A stretch of DNA of 63,444 nt, the filler included, from Reticulomyxa filosa (Eukaryota; Protista; Foraminifera): NCBI GenBank assembly GCA_000512085.1. It is 21 parts of 21 records of this genome, joined end to end, with 100 filler letters (N's around TTAATTAATTAA, not from the genome) between each part and the next. Parts side by side here need not be neighbours in the genome. Positions count along the whole stretch, not along the records: positions 21,381 to 23,323 come from ASPP01004115.1; positions 23,424 to 26,569 come from ASPP01014500.1; positions 26,670 to 29,519 come from ASPP01000754.1; positions 29,620 to 31,000 come from ASPP01012383.1; positions 31,101 to 39,344 come from ASPP01010304.1; 16 more parts are not named here. One strand, 5' to 3'. Below are positions 21,472 through 35,330 of the stretch, one piece after another. Made by a program: the position numbers and the translations under genes. Below the pieces are notes generated by a model, which was not told the origin of the DNA, did no database searches, and worked only from the letters and a program-made list of their open reading frames with translations. Within the stretch, counting starts at the first letter, position 1, and every line of letters starts with the position of its first letter.

Positions 21472-23232
21472 TTGATCGAAACCAGCGAAGGCTTCAAATC
21501 TAGAAAAGAAGAAACCCGAGTCAAATTGATTGAGGAAAAATGGAGGCAAATTATGCTTGACAAACCTTATCTCAAGGAGCTGTCTGCTCCACAGTCCACT
21601 GTTTCAAAACATCAGATCATGTCTGAAAAATCTATCAACCAAAACCAGACCACTAGTGTAAAAGCGGCTCCAATAGCAAAGCGAAAATGTAATACGAATA
21701 GACACTTTTCACTACCTCTACCAATAACCAAAAGTTTAGAAAGAAATGATAGCACTTTTAATAAATCCGAATCAGCCAGAAACATACTGAGCTTGTCATC
21801 GATTCTTCAAGCGAAGCCGAAAGAGGAGCAAAGCCAAGTTTTGTGAAAAAAGAGATTTTTCAACCAATCAAAGTCGTGAATATGACTTTCTTGATTGGCT
21901 GAGGTGTTCGTTTTTTTATACTATTACTGTTTGTCCTTCTGTATGTTAGATCCAAAGAAAGATGATCCGACTACAAATGAAAAAAAAATGCCGATAAGCT
22001 CCCAAAAGAGACCTATCAGCGCTCTTGTCAACAGTTTAAAAAAGAAGCTGATTAAACACAGAACTGAAAACGGGAGAGAGAGAGAGAGAGGAACAAGGTG
22101 CCACCGGACGTGAGAGCTCTTTTAGATTCTAACAAGGGCGTCCAGGTATTAATTTAGTTTATCAATTGAAATAAAGTGATTAAATATAACTATCCATTTC
22201 CTTGTGGACCAACATTGCAACAGCGTCTACCGGTTCAAGTACAACTAGAGACACAAATAATAGGCAACGACATGGGACGTGCTTGTGCAGAAGTCATCCT
22301 TTTCAGAATTGACACTTAACTTTGACCAAAACGAAAACAAAAGTTTAGAAGGCAACAAAAAATAAATAAATTAGATAGTCCTTGCTTTTTTAGTGTAAAG
22401 AAATTTTTACAAACTGTATCAAAAATACAGATCTTGAAAACATGGACATCAAAGTGTCACCACTTTCAAGTCAAAAATGGAGTGAACAGCACAAAGTGTC
22501 GATGAAAAGGATTGAACACATGTACGAACCAAGAGAAGAGCAGACAAAATTTCACAAATTTATCTCTAACTCTAGCACAATGCCTACGTTTACAAAAAAG
22601 TGTTTACAATTTGCTGTTGGACATGACACAAGAAATGGAGATCATCACTTCAAATCGAAAATGCCCGAGACGCATTCTCCAAAATCAAACAAAGTTTTGC
22701 TTTTATGTTTTCTCATTTGTTATAACTCTTGTTATACGAGCTCGCTCAACAACAACAAATGGATCAATACAGTGGCCGATGGGGAAATTGTCGCAACAAG
22801 CCGCCAATACAATTAATGAAAACGAAGCATTTAGGAAGTCTCCAGGAAGGATCAATAATATACAATATGAAATGTCAGATCACGAAAGGTAGTTTAAAAA
22901 AAAAATTTGATTGATTGGTCATAGTTGAGATTCAGATAAACAATCGAAAATAAACAAATAGTGACTTTTCTGATGACGAACCTGACAACACTAAGTACGT
23001 GCCTTTGTGGGCTCGCTCCAAAAATTACATGCCAACTATATGGAGGTAAGGAAAAACAGATCCGGAAGAGGTTTTTGGACCGATAATGCAATATTGCAAT
23101 TTGGAAAATATGTTTTATGACTTTCCTCAAAAGCCTAGATATCGCAACCGGACAAAGAGTGGAGATTGGGGTGAAGATAGGGTAACACAAATGGAAGATG
23201 ATGCATATAAAAAATTTATGGGTTGGATATAG
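21472..23232 (+). pseudogene. INCENP: INCENP-like gene with a C-terminal IN-box (Aurora-B-binding) domain interrupted by an in-frame TAA
   Basis: The spliced 3' end reads YEMSDHESDFSDDEPDNTKYVPLWARSKN...R*GKTDPEEVFGP...CNLENMF...RYRNRTKSGDWGEDRVT..E...YKKFMGWI*. TAA is at 23047, and there is an apparent frameshift in the (GA)n tract near 22080. Confidence 0.75.
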
Positions 23233-23670
23233 TTGCTTTGATAATTGTAAGATATATTTATTTATTTTATGAAGCACATTAACCGTGCTTATATCTGGTG
23301 ACAGCCCACCATGACAACATAAGNNNNNNNNNNNNNNNNNNNNNNNNNNNNNNNNNNNNNNNNNNNNTTAATTAATTAANNNNNNNNNNNNNNNNNNNNN
23401 NNNNNNNNNNNNNNNNNNNNNNNTGTTAGACTCTAAAGCCCGAGAATTGTTGGTATGTTTATATTATACGTTTTTTTTCCAGTAACTTTTTTTCCTCTCA
23501 CAAATTTTTTCTTCCTCCCCCCTTATTTTTCTGGAGGGAAAAAAAAGGGGGAATAAGCCAAAAATAATGTTAAAAAAAAGAACTCTGAGTGTTCTTTTCT
23601 TCCTCTCCTTGATGATGGCAGCGTATACAAAAATTCTTAAAAAAAATGGTTTTGTTGGTTTTGTCATTGT

Positions 23671-24280
23671 ATGAAGAAAGTGGTTGAAAGAAGAACCCGA
23701 AACAAATATCACATGTTGGTACATAAATTGTCGAAATTGATTGGAAAACAACAAAAGGATTTTGGCATTCCAGAAAAAGACCAACGTAATGATGGTTGGA
23801 AAGCTGCTATTGCAAAACTAAAAACTTTAAAGCAGCTTCATTTGCCGTTAGACATGATTCAATGTTTCATGTTGACTGCAGCTGCTATTCATAACAACAA
23901 AAAATCAGAGCAACCTATTGATGCTGATCATTTCATTAATGTCACTTAAACTTGACAACAATCAAGACACCCTTTTTTTCTATACGATATATATACAACA
24001 TATATACATATACTTATGTATGTATGCTGTATATTATGTACGTTATGTTTCATTTTGAAACTTTGACTTATTCTCACAATGACAACAATAAAATTAGATC
24101 GCTATTTATGTGTATGTCAAGTCTTCAACAGTGAAGACTCCAGCTATCACCGAGGCCGAGCTGCTGTTCATTGAAGGACTCATGGATAAACAAACTGCAA
24201 TGTCTGAGGGTGGATATTATTTCACTGTTTTTCGCTCTGTTGTAAATTGGATTTATGCCTTTGAAGAAAAAAAAGAATAG
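23671..24280 (+). CDS. VPS9-domain (Rab5 GEF) protein, 3' exons
   Basis: WKAAIAKLKTL...PLDMIQC...IDADHFIN, then exon 24098-24280 IAIYVYVKS...ELLFIEGLM...SEGGYYFTVFRSVVNWI. Confidence 0.8.
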
Positions 24281-25905
24281 CCATAACGTTGCTTATTTTT
24301 TCTTGTTGTATGCACAAATTGTTATCTGTACATTTTTTGAAAGTTTTTTTTCCTTCCCTATCAGTCTTTTATGTGATGGATGATAGCACAATCGAGCCAA
24401 CTGGTCTTGTGTTGAGCAAATAAGCTATGTAAGAAGGTTCAATTGAAGGAAATGTACTTTTTGTTTGAGAATATATACATATTTGCAATCTCCATCGATA
24501 CTGCGTATTTTGTGTTATTGCTTGACAAATTGTAAGCTTTCGAAGAAATACAATTTTAACAAAACCGCAGGCCTAATGACTTCAATTTTATTGTAGTTCT
24601 ATGGGAAAACGTAGCAACTTTAGATATGCAAAATAGTCAAAGTGATTATTTTTGCAGTTTTTGTGCTTGTTTGTGGAATATTCGAGAGTGCTCGAAGTGT
24701 TTTTGTACATTCTATAGAAACAATTTTTACTTCATATGACCCAAAAATTTTCTAAGCATCTTTCTTATTCATTTTATTACGTTTTTCTCTTGTCAATGTT
24801 TTTTGAAATTTAAAGTTAACAAAGCTAAAAAGTGCTTAGAGAAAGCATCATAAACATTTCTAACTCACATAAGATCAATTTGAAAAAACTTTGTGATTAA
24901 CAGCATGTGATAGTGTTTAAGATATCTAAAATTCAATTCTCAACAAACATTATTTTACTTTGTAGTGTGTATACTGTAGATAGCTACACTAGTTGTAGTA
25001 TGAAAAGGTTTTACTCAAATTGAGATTGGCTTTCAGTAAAACAAAGTAAACTAAATAACCAAAATGAATAACCCAATAAGTAAAAAAGAAAGACCAAAAC
25101 AATAAGTGAAGAAAGTTTGTGGAGAAGTTTAACACAAAGGGAGCTCCTCAGTTCCATAAGAGTTCAGCTATGTGTAATAGGGGCTTGCCCTGCAACTTCT
25201 TGCTTTTCTTGTCATTTTTTTATTGTTTTGATCTTCTTCTCATTATTTAATTACTTAAGCTTACGCAAAAAACTCAGAACACTTTGTGTTACACTAGTGT
25301 TGTCTATGCACTTTTCCTGCATTGAAAAAAACATTATAATCAGCATATGTTAGAGCGGCTAAGAGGCAACAGTTAGATTTAGAAGTAAAATTTTTAATTT
25401 AAGAAAATAAAATATTAGAGTCACTTATAATCCATTATCACGTAGTTTCGTACTACATATGCCGATTTAATTCTTTTCTATTTTACTTAATTTATCTAAA
25501 TTAAAAAATTAATTATATGATATATCAACTAAATATTTCAAGTCAAACTTACAAATGAAATAGATTAATAACCAAACAAAAAGGACAACACTCGCATCGT
25601 GAGCAAATAATTTAAATTACGTTTGCTTTTGTTCTCTCTTGCTGAATTGGAAAAGAGTTATGGTACTGTCAAATTTTTGTTGCAAGTAAACATAAGTTCT
25701 TGTTGAATAAATGCGTTTAAAAATAACTTAGACTTGATTTGAAGTTGATGTGTTGCAAATCGAGGAAGTGTTTGCAAGACGTTTTTTTTTTTGAAAGTTC
25801 TTTGAATTGGAAAATTCAACCAACAAAACGCAGTTTGTCACATTTTCTTTCTATATAATTTTTTTTATTTTCTTTGTATCTCTGAGATTGTATTGAGTAA
25901 CGTGC

Positions 25906-26529
25906 TTGGATTGGCATGTCGACTACTACTACCTCAACGAAAAAAGTTCTGACGATCGGATATATCCTTACGACTACAGGGATGTCCACCAAGACATAGA
26001 AAAAGGCAAATTCGCCGGGGCTTATGGGTGGAATCACGCTTGTTACCACGCCATTGCCGAAAAGAAGGCAGGAATTGATATGGCAAAATTTCATTCCAAA
26101 CGATCCAAAGTTATACAAAAAAACAGACAAAGCATATATTTTTGAATTAATAAAAGGTGTCTTTTTATTGCATCTTTATGTTTCAATAAAATAATTAGAT
26201 TATATGTATCATATGTGAATATTCTACATATAATATACACCTATAATTTTTTAAAAAAAATGATGTATATTTTACTATTCAAAAAAAAAAAAAAAAATGG
26301 TTGGCATTGAAAGGACGAATTCTACATAAAAGAATTGCACGAGTTATTAGAAAATCCAAATACACAAAAACATTGGAAACGCATAGTGACATTTGACCCT
26401 TGGGGAATGACTGCGACATCACCCACCATAGCAGCAACAACTGCGTGTATGGACATACCCGAACTGACCCAACAGCTTCAAAAGGACGGGAAAATTGTGA
26501 ATGAGGACGGTTCGGTTAGCACCACCAAG
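25906..26529 (+). CDS. Urc1/Urg1-like GTP cyclohydrolase II family protein, N-terminal domain (partial, 2 exons)
   Basis: AGAYGWNHACYHAIA, IVTFDPWG, PTIAATTACMDIPEL and DGKIVNEDGSVSTTK parallel the family motifs IGAH.GSY..Y.ALA, IVS.DPWG, PTIA.T.A...PE and DG.....G....TK. Confidence 0.75.
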
Positions 26530-27240
26530 GTAAGCACAGAAGAATGAAGAAGGGAGAGAAAAAAAAAAANNNNNNNNNNNNNNNNNNNNNNNNNNNNNNN
26601 NNNNNNNNNNNNNTTAATTAATTAANNNNNNNNNNNNNNNNNNNNNNNNNNNNNNNNNNNNNNNNNNNNTTCCAAAATTATTTCCACTTCCAAGTTTCCA
26701 ACTGGTGCGTGTTGCCAGTAATGTATTCACATTATGCATATCAATTGAACTAAATGCTCAATTGTTTCAAAAGTTGGAAAGACAAATATTGTTTTTTAAA
26801 CATTTGAAATGTTAACACAAAATAGTAACTACGGGCTACAACAACATTCACATTATTGAAATGAGTGTTGTTGCTTATATTCCACTTGAAAAATGAATAA
26901 AATATTATTTTTTATTAAACTGAAAAATAGTGTTGAAAAAATATAAATTGGTTCCTGGTCACAAGACAGTAAACGTAAAAAGATAGAATGAAAAATCATA
27001 TTTTACAAAATGAAAGATGGAAGTTGCTTTTTAAGAACAGTGGGGATCTTTAAGTTTTCCGTATTTCGTTCTTGTTGTCAACGCTAATTGAAAAAAGAAA
27101 AATATGTGTTCTTCAATTGTTGAAAAAACGGAAATGAAGAGAGAGAGGAGAAAAGAAATAGTGGTACTGCAGCAATCAAAGTTTTTCCTCATTGAGAATT
27201 GCAAAACTTTCAAAAATGAAATAAATTGAGATTACAATCT

Positions 27241-29358
27241 TTAAAACTGCTTCCTAGACAGCGGAATAATCCATCCACTCCTTTTGACCAAATGATAAGT
27301 AACAGCGACAGTGATAATCATCATTGCACTGACAAATCCAAAGCCCCACCGAACGTGCTCAGCAGGCAAGATATCAATTAGTGTATTTTGAAAGGGAAGC
27401 CAAATGTTCATGCCATAAAAAGTTGGGATAAATATAAGCGGTAAAAATATGGCACCAGTGGCTCCCAATCTCGAAGCATTTTCACTTAAAATGACAGCGT
27501 GTTTGCTCATTTCCAAGGACACTTTTGTGACAAAAACGTTTTGAAGAGATTCCAAAGTTTGCAATCCAATCTGTACAACGTCCACCATTCTGGAAACATG
27601 ATCATTGATATCACGCCAATAAGGGGCGGGAACCTCTTGCAAAAAGTTTTGTAACTCAATATTGGTTAAATTGGTTGTCAGTGCAGATTTGGGCCAGAGA
27701 CGAGTGCGCGTCACAGCCAGCCAATGACGAGCGGCTTGAAACCGATCCAAGAATTCATTTTGACTATCAAATCCAATGAACAGTACCATGTGTTCCAAGT
27801 TTTGAACTTCGTCGACGACACGATTGACTTCCGGGATCAGCGCATCAATTACACCATCCACAATCGCATGACAGACCCACCCAGGACTGGGACAATACCA
27901 CCTGTGCTTTGCACCTGGGTAATGCCTCTGATTTATTTTTATTTTATTGCAATGTGTCTAAAATAGGTTAATGTGATATATTTATCATATGTATGCCATA
28001 TGATAAAATTTTGTTTAAAAAAAAAAAAAAAAACCAAACTCCAAACTCGTTTGATAATTCTTCTCGTGTCATCCATGACTCTTGCCGATTGTTCGTGATA
28101 AGTGAAAATGATGGTTTTAAAAGCAATGATGGAAATGCGTTGCGTTCGTTCGCGAGAAGTGGTGGGTGCACGGATACTGATGAACAAATAATGGTCAAAA
28201 ATTTCCAACTTTTCACGACAATCTTTGCTAATGCAGTCTTCGATGGTAAGCGGATGCACTTTGGGATAGATATGTGACATGATCTCCTCAAATGTTTTGT
28301 GATCACAAGACATGTCTACCCACAGCGGGTGCTTGCGTGTGTGCTTCGAGCGACTGAGCTTTTTTAATAACTCCGTGGCGTCGGGCACTTCAATGTGTTT
28401 AATGCCACGCTCCAATGTTTTCGAGTCCGGAGGGGGGCCGACAATAATGAACTTGTTTTCAAAAGGTAAGGTCATCTCATCGTCATTGAATTGCTGATAA
28501 GAAAAGTCATACACATCTCCATGTCCTGCGACCGCACTGTTGTGTGTCCCGGACCTCAGCCCCCTCGTTTCGCCTTGCGAATGGCTGTCAGACAATTCTT
28601 CCGTCGCCATTGCTTGGGTATTCTGCTTCGAATTCTGGGTGCGCGTCCAATCCGTGTCCTCTTTTTTATCCCACCCACTCAATTCCAAACGCACCTCTTT
28701 TTTATTGTCTTGATCTGTTTTTAATTATATACAAATATGTATGTATATGTATACGCATATACATGCATGTGCATAATATGTACACATATGCACGTGACTC
28801 TACAATATGTGTAAAGAAAGGAGAAACAAATACACGACTGATCAAAATAAAACAAAGGCAAAGTCGTGATTACTTATTTTATTTGTAACATAATATACAT
28901 ATATATATATATATATATGTGTATATATGTGTATATGTAGATATTAGAAATATAAAATAATGCACACTTGTCACAGGTGAGGATAATTGTGTGTCCGGCT
29001 TGGACGTATCACGATCAGCATCGGAGTGAAAGAGTGGACGGGCGGCTGTGTAAACGGCTTGTTTTAAGGCGCTGAATGAAATGGACCGCACTTTGTCAAG
29101 TGGATTGAGAGGCGCTTGATCCTTTCCTCCGACATAGACAAGATCGGATGGGGTCATATCCACAGCATGCTGCGGTTGTTCCTCATTTTGACTCGCACTT
29201 TCTGTCGCCACCGTGTTCCCTGTTTCAATTTTTATTCCTACCCCTGCCCCTGTCTCAATCTCTGTTGCCGTTGCTGTCGCTGCCACTGTTGCAATTACGG
29301 TATCTATTGCCGCCGTCGTTATCTTTGCATCTTGTTTATCTTCGCCAATCACCTCCAA
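27241..29358 (-). CDS. CorA/Alr1/Mnr2-family Mg2+ transporter (multi-exon)
   Basis: PLWVDM, VHPLTIEDC, REKLEIFDHYLFI, MDGVIDALIP; two C-terminal TM helices with the YGMN signature. Confidence 0.92.
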
Positions 29359-29692
29359 ATTTATGCGTTCTCCTATACAGCCGACAAAGCAATTGTTGGA
29401 ATGGAAAGCAAAGACAACTTCAAAAAAAAAAAAAAAGGGGGGGGGGGAGGAAGAGGTTACATTTTCTAACCAGTGACAGGAGGTGGAACAACAGAATCGG
29501 GCACTTGCTGTGCAATATTNNNNNNNNNNNNNNNNNNNNNNNNNNNNNNNNNNNNNNNNNNNNTTAATTAATTAANNNNNNNNNNNNNNNNNNNNNNNNN
29601 NNNNNNNNNNNNNNNNNNNATATATATATATGTATATGTATATGTATATATTAATTATTGTTATTCTTCTGTTGTTTGATCAATTTTATTAG

Positions 29693-31000
29693 CCTTATGC
29701 ATATGACGCACGTGAATTTGTGAGAAAGACACTGTGTGACGGTGTGTCAATCCCGGTACTGTGCGTGGGATGGAAAATGAATCGAAAAAGCAAGATAGAA
29801 CATTACTATGGCGACATTTACTTCCATGCAGGACGCAAGACTAAAAAAAGAGGAGACTTTGGACAACCAATCAAGCAAGGAGTCATTGACGCACTTGTTG
29901 GTGTCCAACGGGTTTGCAGACTTGCTTCCCAAAGACAAAACACAGCTTTCAGCCGTGGAATACGATCGATTGGCCAAAGCCTTGGAAACAGCCAAGAAAA
30001 AGAAATTGGGCAAATTTGCGGTGGAAGTGGTTAACGATGCTGCTTCAAAAAAGAAAACTAAAAATACCAATCACAATAACAATAACAATAATAATTACAA
30101 TAATGTAAACAAAACCGAATCACATGTTCGTATATTAAAATGGATTCGAAAACCAGAGGAAAAAAAAGATTTGTTTGAAAAATGGCACAACAAAGAAGTG
30201 ACGGCGATAGTGGACCAAGTGTGGAGTGGGTCCACCTTGCATGTGGAACTGGTGCCCAATGAAAAGGAATGGACGCATTGGTTAGTGCCAATCCGTGTCG
30301 TTGGTTGCGTTACCCCGCAGGTGCGAAAGTTGAAGGGAGGTTCCGAAAACGACCATTATACTAATGGCTATGATCATGATGATAATAGTAATGACAATGA
30401 CAATGACAATGATAATGATAATTATAATCATTATGATGATAATGATGATGGTGATGATGATGATAATTATAATCATTATGATGACAATGATGATGGTAAT
30501 GATGGTAATCAAAGATATCGATACAATAAATCGCATAGTCCAAAATGGAGTTATGAAGCCAAAGAATACACGGAGGGACGTCTGTTGTCGCAACGGGTGA
30601 AAGTGAAGCTTGTCGCAAGTGATTTGCAGCACAATCTATATGGCATTGTGCAACATCCCAAAGGTCAGATCGCATTGTCTTTGCTGCGAAGTGGATTGGC
30701 GTACTTTGAGCCGTGGACGGCGGCGTTGTTGTCGGAACACGAGCAAAAACAAATGAAGAAGGCACTTCACGACGCCCAGTCCAAGCGTGTATGTCTATGG
30801 CGGGACATTACATCCTCTGCAATTGCCGCTATTCCACAGCAACAACAGCAGCAAGACTTTGTCGTGGGAGTGGTTACAAGAGTCCTTTCCGCCACCAGTT
30901 TGCTCTTTCGACCTTCGTCCGATGTCAATGGTCATGAACAGCGTTTCATCTTGTCTTCCATTCTTCCACCCCATTCTTCTTCTTCTTCTTCTTCTTCTTC
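29693..31000 (+). CDS. Tudor staphylococcal nuclease (SND1-like), SN domains, partial; frameshift in an A-run near 29845
   Basis: PYAYDAREFVRK; WSYEAKEYTEGRLLSQRVKV...IALSLLRSGLA...AQSKRVCLW; the next SN domain begins GVVTRVLS. Confidence 0.8.
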
Positions 31001-31100
31001 NNNNNNNNNNNNNNNNNNNNNNNNNNNNNNNNNNNNNNNNNNNNTTAATTAATTAANNNNNNNNNNNNNNNNNNNNNNNNNNNNNNNNNNNNNNNNNNNN

Positions 31101-31134
<34 letters not shown>

Positions 31135-31685
31135 TTTTGTTTGTGGTGATTTCATTTCTTGTTTTTTTTCGTTCACCAACCAAGAGCAAAATTGGAAAGT
31201 GAACGGGACATGGATGTTGTACCGCGTCTTGCAGTATACAATTTGGTCATATTGTCCTGATTTGCCCCTCCTCCTTGTTCATACACTTTGGTGTTGTCCA
31301 AAACATGACCATCTAAAGCTTTTTGCAATAATACTTGGTCAACAAATTTCTTTTTTTTTTACTTTATGTCAACGTTTGTCCATTGATGTAAAAAAAACGA
31401 AAAGTAAAACCAACTGTTGGTTTACACTCGAAACTGGAAGGAGAGTGAAACAAACACTCGTTTTATGTTGTTTTTATGGTTCGATGAATTTGGTATTGTT
31501 AAAAAAAATCTCAGTTATACATTGTTTCTTCTTAAAAAAAAAACAGTGGTCAAATTTTCAAAAAAAAAAGGGATTGCTTCCACAATTTATTTTGAGCCCC
31601 TGGCTGTTATACTCTGATAACTTGAAAAGGGCCACATGTGTTAAAAAATATATGTAGATATGCCAATTTTTTGGTTTAGTGATGA

Positions 31686-32450
31686 TCAGGATTTGAGTTG
31701 CTCATTTGCAGAGAGAATCCCGTATTTACTTGATTCCTTGTGAAACAATTTGGAGTCGTCCAAATTGCCATAATTGCCAAAGACTTGTGTTTGCAATTGT
31801 GCCACACATTCTGTTACATAAGTAAGTTGGCCTTGCAGGTTACGAATATCATTGCCAACTTTGGCATGTTCATTGCGAACTGCTTCAATTTCGTTTTCAA
31901 ATTGCTTCATCGTTTTTTTATTAATTTCAACCACACTTTCAATCATCTTTTTCAAATCAAATGCTTTTTTGTCAGAATACTTTTCCATTGTCATTTTAAA
32001 TGGCTCAAATTTTCTGTATTTATTGTTTTGTTGAAAGTGTTTTTGAAACAGACAAAATTAAATCCGATCTTTTTTCAATTGATCCGTCACACTTCAAAAA
32101 CGCTTCACTCCTTTTTGCAAGCGTACCTATTAAGTTGTTTTAGATCTAACTCATAGTTTTCAAAGGCTAATTCTTGCCGATGAGTTTTTTGCTCCAGTTG
32201 GCCAATTTTAGTGCGGATGCATGAAACATTTTTTAAAGACTTTGCTGGTGAGAGAGAATGGACAGGGGCTCTGAACGTACTTTGGATTTCGCTCGTATCT
32301 GTCGCGTCGTAACCCATGTCAAAGTCTTCCAATTTTGTATCTGTAAAAAAAGATAAAGTCATGCTCATGGATTTTAGTTCTCTTTGTTCATTAGTACAAA
32401 AAATTAAGTACCTGCTTCTTTTCGTAACATTTTACGTTTGACGAGTTTAG
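31686..32450 (-). CDS. Hypothetical coiled-coil protein (multi-exon)
   Basis: Collinear ORFs 32105-32368 and 31686-31994 with a heptad pattern. Confidence 0.5.
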
Positions 32451-32761
32451 CTCCCAATTTTCGTAATAAGGGAAAGAGTTGTGCAATAGACTTTGTAATC
32501 TTCAGTTTAAAAGAACAACTTGTGATACCGTCAGCAAAAAAAGTTGAGGAAACTTAAAACTCGTCGGATTCATAATCTCATTTTTTGATTAAATTTGTAG
32601 TACAAATTGCAGTGTCTATTTCTACATACATTTAAAATAATTCTTTTAAAAAAATGGAAATTTGAAATGTATAAATCGATTTTCGTTTAAAGCTCACAAA
32701 ATCGTGTTTGTGTTTGAACGTTTTAGAGTAAAAAAAAAAATACAATAAATTTCGATTACAC

Positions 32762-33829
32762 ATGACAGAAAAAGTGGTTTTTTTTTTTAAGATTGGTAAG
32801 AGTATATATACGTTGCAATTGCTTTTTCTTGATATCATATTGTTGTTGTCGTTGTGCGTCGCCACAGTACTGATTGGCTCTTCAAACGTAGGAAAGACAT
32901 CAATTTTGGAACGATATGTCAACAACAGTTTTACTGAAAGATTCAAATCCACAATGTTACAAAATGGATTATTTCTTATATGAGAAAGTGTTTTTTGTAT
33001 TTTCAATGTATATGCACTGGACACGGGTTGCGGACGGGGTATGTTTGTGAACTTTTGATGTTCAGAGGGGCCGATTTTCGAACAAAGGAAATAGAAGTTG
33101 ATAACAAACCGCTTGTCTTTCAAATTTGGGATACTGCAGGTCAAGAAAGGTATATTTATTCAAAATATCGAACTCGTGTGTCAGTTGGGCATATTTATGC
33201 CAATCATATAATTTGTGTATGTTATGTTCTTTTTAATACAGATTTCGAGCACTTGGCGCACCGTTTTATCGCGGAGCCAATGCATGCGTGATAGCATTTG
33301 ATGTAACAGATACAACTTCGTTTGAAGCCCTGTCGTCGTGGAGGGAGGAGTTTTTGGCTCATTGTGATTATGACTCGATCGATAGTATGCCTTTCTTTGT
33401 CATAGGCAATAAATGTGATTTAGATGGCCAACGCAAAGTATCTTCCAACATCGTCAGAGATCTGATTAAAAAAGAATGGACAAATACCACCTACTTGGAA
33501 ACCAGTGCAAAGACTGGGGAGGGTGTCACTGCTCTCTTTGAACAAATTGCTAAAAAATGCTTTGCTTTAATGCCTCGAATGTTACGTCTTGGTTTATTAT
33601 ATGCATATATGAATATATGCACACATTTATATGCATATGTGCATATGATTTACATTTTTTTGTTTTGCTTTGTATACACTCTACTTTTCAAAAAAATAAA
33701 AAATAAAAAATAAATAGACCAAAAATTGATGCTAACAAAAATGAAGGAATTTCATTAGAGCAAAAAATGTCTGATAACTTTTCTGACACTGATGAGATTA
33801 TTCAAACTTCAAATTGCCTACGTTGCTAA
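32762..33829 (+). CDS. Rab7-like small GTPase, 5 exons
   Basis: GSSNVGKTS, GADFRTKEI, WDTAGQERFRALGAPFYRGA, WREEFL, GNKCD and ETSAK; C-terminus CLRC*. Confidence 0.9.
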
Positions 33830-34275
33830 ACTCACCGATGAGATGTGTTGATGTTACTTGACAACTCAGGCACAAAACGCTTATGTTTCCAATTTTGACA
33901 TTGTAAAAAAAATAAATGAACAAAACCCTTTGATAAAAGGATCCTTTTTTTGAACTTTTTTGCTGAATTTTGTGTATTGAAATTGACAATATCTTGGTTC
34001 TGCGTTATTTTGTCGGGAAAAGAAAAGGATTGTGCGGGAAGCACAATAACAAAGGCAGGTCACTCAGACCTTGAATTTTCTTTAATTCAAAAAAACAAAG
34101 AGTCCTTTTCCTTTCTCCCCCCCCCCTTTTACCATAAGTCAGGATTAAACAAACATTTAAAAAAACAAACAACTCTTCTAGCAAAAATGTCACAAGTGGT
34201 TACATGAGTTTGGCGGAGTTGGTATATAACGATTGGAGAGTGAATGCAAATAAATGGCTTTTTCTTTCTGTTAGT

Positions 34276-35330
34276 CTACAACTTACTTAAGCATGTCCAC
34301 ATCTGCATCATCTTTTGGTTTTTGTTTTTGTCCTTTTTTTGCTGTTGTGACGGTTTGTCCATGCCCTTTTTTGCAGTGTCAGTATTGAAGCCCCATGGAG
34401 AGGATAAAAACTGCTTTGGATCAGAATTAAATTCTTTGTTATGTAAAAACAAATTATCCAAGAGTTTGACATCTTCCATTAATCTTTTGTTGTTACCACA
34501 CACAAATAATATATACATATATACATGTATATATGCATATTACATATTGCCTATTTTCAAATTGATCATTTGGCAGAGAAGAGAGAGAGAGAGAAAGAGA
34601 GAAAGAAAGAAAAAAAAACAAACACACAAACTTTTTTTGAACGCATTTTTTGTGAACGGGTTTGGAATTGACGTCACAAATGGCATGTGTTGGAGCATCG
34701 GAGGTGTTAGTAAGGTGTGAGGTTTGTGGCTGTGGAAGTGCAATGTCTGGATCTGGCCAGTATTGGATCGAGTCTTGTTTGGTAGTCAAAGGCTCTTGAC
34801 TTTGCCATAAGCTGCTTTTGGATTCAATTTTATCGACAAAGTCCTGTGACTTGTTACTTCGACGCGTGTGTTTACTGCTTTTTCGACTGCTCAATGAACC
34901 GTGTTTCATACGGAAGTTGACTGCACTCACTCTCGCTGCTGGGTCACCGCCTCTTTTCAAAAATGTGGCTGTCGTAAAACTTCGGGGTAAACTTGATCCA
35001 TCTTTCATTTGTGAACATGACTTGGTCACAAAACCGGACTTTAATGCGCTATCGTTTTGCTGCGCTTTTTGCAGTTGCGCCTTTTTTTTTATTGTGTTTC
35101 TTGGGTTCAGTACTTTCCTTGCTTTAAACGTTGGCTTTGTTGGTGCTATCTTCACTTTTGCTTTCTTTTGTCTATTTCACTCCCCTCGAAGTTTGGTGTC
35201 AAACGTTGCCGACATACAATTACAATCAACAACAACAAAAAATTGACGAAATACCTTTTTGATTCGTCAATAGCAGACAGCTTTTTATAAGCAGAAGGAC
35301 CTAATCGACCCATGATAATTTAATATGATG
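34276..35330 (-). CDS. Basic Ser/Lys-rich hypothetical protein (multi-exon)
   Basis: ORF 34493-35155 plus 34276-34518, separated by a TA/GA-rich intron; no recognised domain. Confidence 0.5.

Noticed and set aside
5272-23049. In-frame TAA in the RNase H relic, parA and INCENP suggesting TAA=Gln recoding
   Set aside because: They come from different genomes, and intact host genes (Rab, CorA, ABCG, WD40) terminate at TAA. Point mutation or base error is simpler.
34493-35155. TPX2-like FKAR motif
   Set aside because: A single short motif in a low-complexity basic protein is not enough evidence.
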